From contig JBEKEY010000004.1 of the NCBI GenBank assembly GCA_050013595.1, forward strand, positions 1-61,464: a DNA stretch of 61,464 nt. The letters are read 5' to 3'. Source of the DNA: Thermoplasmata archaeon (GTDB lineage: Archaea > Thermoplasmatota > Thermoplasmata > Lutacidiplasmatales > UBA184). Of the stretch, positions 56,932 to 61,464 are shown one piece after another. The position numbers and the translations under genes were made by a program. Under the pieces are notes generated by a model, which ran no database searches, had not been told where the DNA came from, and saw nothing but the letters and a program-made list of their open reading frames with translations. Position 1 is the stretch's first letter, and every line of letters starts with the position of its first letter.

Positions 56932-57918
56932 ATGCTCTCCGACTCGTTCGGCCGTGAGGTCACGGACATACGGATCAGCGTGACCAAGCGGTGCAACTTC
57001 GGCTGCATCTACTGCCACGATGAAGGACTCGGCCCTACAGCCCGCCCTCGCGCGGCGCACGGCGAGGAGATGACGCCCGCCGAGGTCGAACGGCTCGTCA
57101 TCGTAGCCCGGGAACTCGGAATCCGTTCTGTCAAGTTTACCGGGGGAGAACCGCTCGTCCGCGCCGACCTTGAGGAGATCATCGACCGGACGGTGCGTCA
57201 GATCCCCGATGTTTCGCTCACGACCAACGGTTCGATGTTGGAGCACCGTGCCGAGGGGCTGCGGGACGCGGGCCTCAAGCGGGTGAACGTCTCGGTCGAT
57301 ACGACCGACCCCGAGGAGTTCCGGTCGATCCGCAAGGGCGCCCTTCCACCGGTGCTGCGAGGCATCCGCGAATCGCTGCGAGTCGGCCTGAAGCCGGTCA
57401 AGCTCAACATGGTGGTGTTCCGGCGGACCCTCGCGAACATCCCTCGCATGATCGACTATGTGGGCTCGTCCGAGGGACTGAAGCTTCAGTTGATCCAATT
57501 CATGCCCGAGCTCGTCCACCATCGGGAATGGATGGTGGACATCCAGAGCGTCAAGCGCTGGCTCGAGGAGAACTCATCGCGCGTGCTGGTGCGCGAGATG
57601 CATCACCGCAAAGTGTACATCGTGCACGGAGCCGAGGTCGAGGTCGTCGACCCGGTGTTCAATCCGGAGTTCTGCTCTCACTGCCACCGGATCCGGGTGA
57701 CGCACGAAGGCGAACTCAAGGGCTGCCTTAACCGAAAGGACGACCTCATCCCGACCCGGGGCTTGGACGACGCCGCGCTCCGGGACGCTTTCCGTCGCGT
57801 GATCACCACACGAGTTCCGTACTACGGAGGCTACATCACCGATTTTCCACGAAGGTCCCCGGCCTCCGACCTTCCGCCGGAGCTACCTCGCGAACCTGCA
57901 TCGCGGGGCACGGCGTGA
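56932..57918 (+). CDS. moaA: GTP 3',8-cyclase MoaA
   Basis: RISVTKRCNFGCIYCH, TGGEPL, RVNVS.D, VKLNMV, FCSHCHRIRVT..G.LKGCL. Confidence 0.93.
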   Translation: MLSDSFGREVTDIRISVTKRCNFGCIYCHDEGLGPTARPRAAHGEEMTPAEVERLVIVARELGIRSVKFTGGEPLVRADLEEIIDRTVRQIPDVSLTTNGSMLEHRAEGLRDAGLKRVNVSVDTTDPEEFRSIRKGALPPVLRGIRESLRVGLKPVKLNMVVFRRTLANIPRMIDYVGSSEGLKLQLIQFMPELVHHREWMVDIQSVKRWLEENSSRVLVREMHHRKVYIVHGAEVEVVDPVFNPEFCSHCHRIRVTHEGELKGCLNRKDDLIPTRGLDDAALRDAFRRVITTRVPYYGGYITDFPRRSPASDLPPELPREPASRGTA

Positions 57919-58018
57919 TCAGGCGACTCGCAGCGGCCTCGTCCCCACGACGGTCGACTCCAGGCGGCCCGCGGAGTTAAGGCCCAGGAATCCAGTGGGG
58001 CATGGAGGGTAGCGACCG

Positions 58019-58471
58019 ATGGCCGTCGATTTTGTACTGAAGAAGGCACCGAGCATTCGACTCGCCGCGATCCGATGGAAAGGACCGTACAACGAGCACA
58101 AGATCCAACAGCAGTTCGAAGCAGTCGAAAAGTGGGCCCGAGCCCGAGGCTTGCGCACTGGTCGTTGGGTCTTCCGAGAGCCGGACTCCCGCGTGTGGGA
58201 TACGGGTATCGAAGTCCGGGGACAGGCGCGTTCGGAGGGTCGCGTCAAGGTCCGCACGTTGCCGGCGGGGCACGTGGCGAGCGTGCTCTTCGACCCCGAG
58301 GTCGTTTCTCCCCGGGTCGTTTACCACGGCCTCTCCGACTGGCTCCGCTGGAGGCGCAAGGAGAAAGAGATCCGTTCGGTCGTTTCGTACCGTGAGATCT
58401 ACCCGGGAAACCCCTGGAAAGACAAGCGAGCATGGTCCCGGACCGAGGTCCAGTTCGTCGTCCGGAAGTAA
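58019..58471 (+). CDS. GyrI-like effector-binding domain protein
   Basis: WKGPY, TLPAGHVAS, YREIYPGNP...TEVQF. Confidence 0.75.
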   Translation: MAVDFVLKKAPSIRLAAIRWKGPYNEHKIQQQFEAVEKWARARGLRTGRWVFREPDSRVWDTGIEVRGQARSEGRVKVRTLPAGHVASVLFDPEVVSPRVVYHGLSDWLRWRRKEKEIRSVVSYREIYPGNPWKDKRAWSRTEVQFVVRK

Positions 58472-58502
58472 TCGTCGGCTCGCGAAGTTCAAGGGCGAGA
58501 GC

Positions 58503-59216
58503 ATGGCAACGGCCACGATCCCCCACAGCGAGCAGGACACGACCGGGCTCTTCCGAATGGCGACCGGAGCCGGGGTCGGTCTCGCGGCAGCCCTCCTCGC
58601 GATCGTGTTTCCGGTGGGATTCCTCCTCGTCGCATCGTATGACCCCGGCGGGTTCCTCACCCTGCACCAGACCGCCTTCCTCGACGCGATCGGCCTTCTG
58701 ATCCTGGCGGGCGCCTTGCTCTTTCTCTTCTCTCTGCTCATCTATCGGAACGCGTTCGCTCATCTCCGCAAGGTCGACCGACGGTTCGTCGTCGCTTCCG
58801 TTCTCTGCCTGATCGGAACGCTCGGATTCATCCTTCTCCTCGTCGCGGCGGTGGTCGTCGTCGGCTCCTCGAGCTCCCTGCTTTCGTGCATCAACAACCA
58901 GCCGACGCACGCGCTTACGTGCCTGCGTTCCGGCCAGCCCCTCGGCGCGTACACCGGGCTCATCGGATTCTGGCTCGGCTGGGTCGGCGGAGTGGGGATC
59001 GTGCTGGGGCTGTCGGCAGGCTCGTCCCGGTTCAAGACCCGAGAGATCGGTCTCGGTGCCGGGCTGTACGCGATCCTCCTGCTCGCCCTCATCGGACCGT
59101 TCATCGCGCTCATCGTATCGTATCCGGGGGTCGAGTTCATCCTCCTCCTGGTCCCCCTCCTCTCACTCCTCGCGCCCTACTTCGTGTTCCGAGGAGCCCG
59201 GCCGTTGGCCACCTAG
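58503..59216 (+). CDS. Hypothetical multi-pass membrane protein
   Basis: About 6 hydrophobic segments. Confidence 0.7.
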   Translation: MATATIPHSEQDTTGLFRMATGAGVGLAAALLAIVFPVGFLLVASYDPGGFLTLHQTAFLDAIGLLILAGALLFLFSLLIYRNAFAHLRKVDRRFVVASVLCLIGTLGFILLLVAAVVVVGSSSSLLSCINNQPTHALTCLRSGQPLGAYTGLIGFWLGWVGGVGIVLGLSAGSSRFKTREIGLGAGLYAILLLALIGPFIALIVSYPGVEFILLLVPLLSLLAPYFVFRGARPLAT

Positions 59217-59218
59217 CA

Positions 59219-59785
59219 ATGCCGAACCCAGCTGCTACGACGGCGTCTTCCCGCGAAACGGCCACGTTGGGAGGAGGGTGCTTCTGGTGCACCGAGGCCA
59301 TCCTCTCGGAGCTCGCCGGAGTGGCGAGCGTGACGTCGGGGTACGCAGGCGGCACCGTGCCCCACCCGACCTACGAGCAGGTGTGCTCGGGGCGGACCGG
59401 ACATGCCGAGGTCGTCCAGGTCGCCTTCGACCCGAGCGTCGTGAGCTACCACGACCTCGTGACGGTCTTCATGACCACCCACGACCCGACGAGCCTGAAC
59501 CGGCAAGGCGACGACGTCGGTACCCAGTATCGCTCCGTGATCGCCTACCACTCGCCGGCACAGCGAGAGACTGCGGAGCAGGTGATCGGCGAGCTCGAGA
59601 CGGCGCAGCTCTGGAAACGTAAGATCGTCACCGAGGTCGTGCCGTTCACGGAATTCTACCCCGCGGAGGAGTACCACCGGGATTATTTCCGACGCAACCC
59701 CGCGAGCGGGTATTGCCGCGCGATCATCGCGCCGAAGGTCTCGAAGTTCCGGAAGCAGTTCGCGACCCGGTTGAAGACCGCGTGA
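59219..59785 (+). CDS. msrA: Peptide-methionine (S)-S-oxide reductase
   Basis: GGCFWC, GYAGG, TGHAE, GTQYRS, FYPAEEYH, GYC. Confidence 0.96.
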   Translation: MPNPAATTASSRETATLGGGCFWCTEAILSELAGVASVTSGYAGGTVPHPTYEQVCSGRTGHAEVVQVAFDPSVVSYHDLVTVFMTTHDPTSLNRQGDDVGTQYRSVIAYHSPAQRETAEQVIGELETAQLWKRKIVTEVVPFTEFYPAEEYHRDYFRRNPASGYCRAIIAPKVSKFRKQFATRLKTA

Positions 59786-59810
59786 GACCGGGTCCCCGAT
59801 CGCTCTCGTT

Positions 59811-60389
59811 TCACAACGCTAGAATGAGGAAGTAGCCGGCAAACGCGACGATAGCGACAACCGAGACGATGAGGACGGCGCGCGCGAAGCCCGGCCGCCG
59901 CTCGGTGCCGGTGTGCACGACCCAGGGGAACACAACGATCCACACGGCGATCGCGCCAAAGAGGCCCACGAACAGCACCCATCCACCGAGGTAGGCGGAC
60001 CCAAGGCCCACGGTAAGCCACCAGACGATCTGGAACGGGTTCGAGGCCCCGAGGCCGAGCGCCTTCGAATAGGTCCGCGCCCCGGTCGTCGGAGGGGGCG
60101 GACGTCCCGAAGCGGCGCGCAGGAGCCCGACCCCGAGGTAGACCATCACCGCGGCACCGAGGAAATAGATCCATCGCAGACCCGAGGTCAGGTCGACCTC
60201 GGTGTGGAGGGCAAAGACCAGCCCTCCGAGAAGGAGGTCCGCGCTCATCGCGCCGAGGCCCGTGGTCACACCTTCACGGAACGAGTGGATCGATTGTGAC
60301 GCGATGAACGCGTTCATCGGCCCGGGCGGGATCGTGAGCGAGAATCCGAGGAGCAGGCCGAAACCGAGCTCGTAGAGGAAAGGGTCCAC
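59811..60389 (-). CDS. LysE family exporter
   Basis: PPGPMN, GAMSAD, NPFQIVWW. Confidence 0.85.
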   Translation of the reverse strand: MDPFLYELGFGLLLGFSLTIPPGPMNAFIASQSIHSFREGVTTGLGAMSADLLLGGLVFALHTEVDLTSGLRWIYFLGAAVMVYLGVGLLRAASGRPPPPTTGARTYSKALGLGASNPFQIVWWLTVGLGSAYLGGWVLFVGLFGAIAVWIVVFPWVVHTGTERRPGFARAVLIVSVVAIVAFAGYFLILAL

Positions 60390-60410
60390 GCCCTCCGACC
60401 CCCTCCGGGC

Positions 60411-60788
60411 CTACCGGGGAGGTGGAGGTACCGTGCGCGCCTCGACCGTCAGGTAGCGCTCGGCCGGTCGTTTCCAGGTCATGGCGAGTATCCCTCCGAT
60501 GAGGACGAGCAGGAAGCCGACGAAGAACCCGGCCAGGGCCACCACGATGCTGACGAGCGAGAGGATGATGGCGAGGGCTCCCCAGACGACGTGCCCGTAC
60601 GGGACCGCCAGCATGAGCAAGCCGACGATGAGCGTGAGGAAACCGACCAGGACCCCGAGGAGGAAGAAGTTGCTCCAGTGCCCGAACACGGCGAAGACGG
60701 CACCAACGAGCGCGAAGCCGAGGCCTCCGAGCATGATGAAAAGTCCGCCGAGAATCGTCAGGACACCTGCCCCTATCGGCCGTGGCAT
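60411..60788 (-). CDS. Hypothetical membrane protein (DUF6114-like)
   Basis: Gly-rich TM segments, GFFVGFLLVLIGGILA..W. Confidence 0.65.
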   Translation of the reverse strand: MPRPIGAGVLTILGGLFIMLGGLGFALVGAVFAVFGHWSNFFLLGVLVGFLTLIVGLLMLAVPYGHVVWGALAIILSLVSIVVALAGFFVGFLLVLIGGILAMTWKRPAERYLTVEARTVPPPPR

Positions 60789-60921
60789 GGACGTCCTACT
60801 CGGACGAAAGGAGAAAAGATCGATTCTCCGCTCGGTCCTGCCGGGGCGAATACGGAGTACGCCCGGCCACCCCCAACCTATTTCGTTCCGGGCGGTTAGC
60901 TCCCCCAACGGAACGTTCGTT

Positions 60922-61425
60922 ATGGGAAAGGGTTCTCCGATATCGGGTCGCGTCGGCGAACTTCACATGAAGCCCGAGGTCCCCGGCGAGCATGGCCTCC
61001 CCAAGCCCTCGGTCCCCGAGGTGTTCGTCGGTCGGACCGGGTTGCAAGGAGATTTCAACCGGTATCGTCATGAACAGAAGGCGGACGATGCGGCGATGGC
61101 TGTTCTGATCGTTCCCCGCGAGACGCTGGCCGAGCTCGAGAAGGAGGGCTGGCCCGTTCGCCCGGGCGACCTCGGAGAGAACATCACCACCGAAGGGATC
61201 GCCTACGATGCGTTTGTCCCTGGCCGGAGGTTCCGGGTGGGCGATGCCGAACTCGAGGTCTCGAAAGCCTGCACCCCCTGCGACAACCTCTATCTCCTTC
61301 CCTATGTCGGCCCCGCGCGCGGCCCCGAGTTCCTGAAGGTGATGCTCGACCGTCGCGGCTGGTATGCGAGGGTGGTTCGCGAGGGCCGGATACGGGTGGG
61401 CGACCGAGTCGGCAGCGCCGACTAG
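60922..61425 (+). CDS. MOSC domain protein (YiiM-like)
   Basis: GLPKPSV, GLQGD, PGDLGENIT, ACTPC, RGWYARVVREG.IRVGD. Confidence 0.88.
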   Translation: MGKGSPISGRVGELHMKPEVPGEHGLPKPSVPEVFVGRTGLQGDFNRYRHEQKADDAAMAVLIVPRETLAELEKEGWPVRPGDLGENITTEGIAYDAFVPGRRFRVGDAELEVSKACTPCDNLYLLPYVGPARGPEFLKVMLDRRGWYARVVREGRIRVGDRVGSAD

Positions 61426-61464
61426 AGTCCAAACGACCTGCAGACCCGGTCCGCGCGTTCGAGC

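Noticed and set aside
57800-57918. MoaA lacking a terminal GG motif as a sign of pseudogenisation
   Set aside because: Both Fe-S motifs are intact and archaeal MoaA proteins commonly end differently.

Overview
High-GC (roughly two-thirds G+C by eye) archaeal chromosomal segment, most likely from a Thermoplasmatota/Thermoplasmata lineage. The evidence is archaeal EF-1alpha, Rpo3, pelota, aMBF1, membrane-bound LonB and a proteasome alpha N-terminus MQPGQMAYDR resembling that of Thermoplasma. It is gene-dense housekeeping DNA with about 65 CDS and two intron-less tRNAs (Phe-GAA, Thr-CGT). Contents include the rps13-rps4-rps11-rpoD and tuf-rpsJ operons, cdrS-like/ftsZ, fhs/folD/mptD, psd/pssA, argF, topA, uvrAC, many proteases and chaperones, and moaA/MOSC. 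I saw no CRISPR array, transposase, integrase or prophage. The most interesting signal is a candidate cell-division regulon. A tandem ribbon-helix-helix (CdrS-like) gene precedes a divergent FtsZ2 that lacks the T7 catalytic Asp. Its promoter carries two YGTCNGACR palindromes, and the same pair recurs at the promoter of an unannotated 73-aa gene about 47.6 kb away. Other signals are several enzymes with swapped catalytic residues (DUF62 His->Asp, Cys-less thiolase plus DUF35, OTCase HDLP, UvrC without HhH), a cytoplasmic ACE-like M2 peptidase, hidden Cys-rich microproteins and an MFS gene that appears to need a CTG start. All calls come from reading motifs by eye, with no database searches, and start codons are best estimates.
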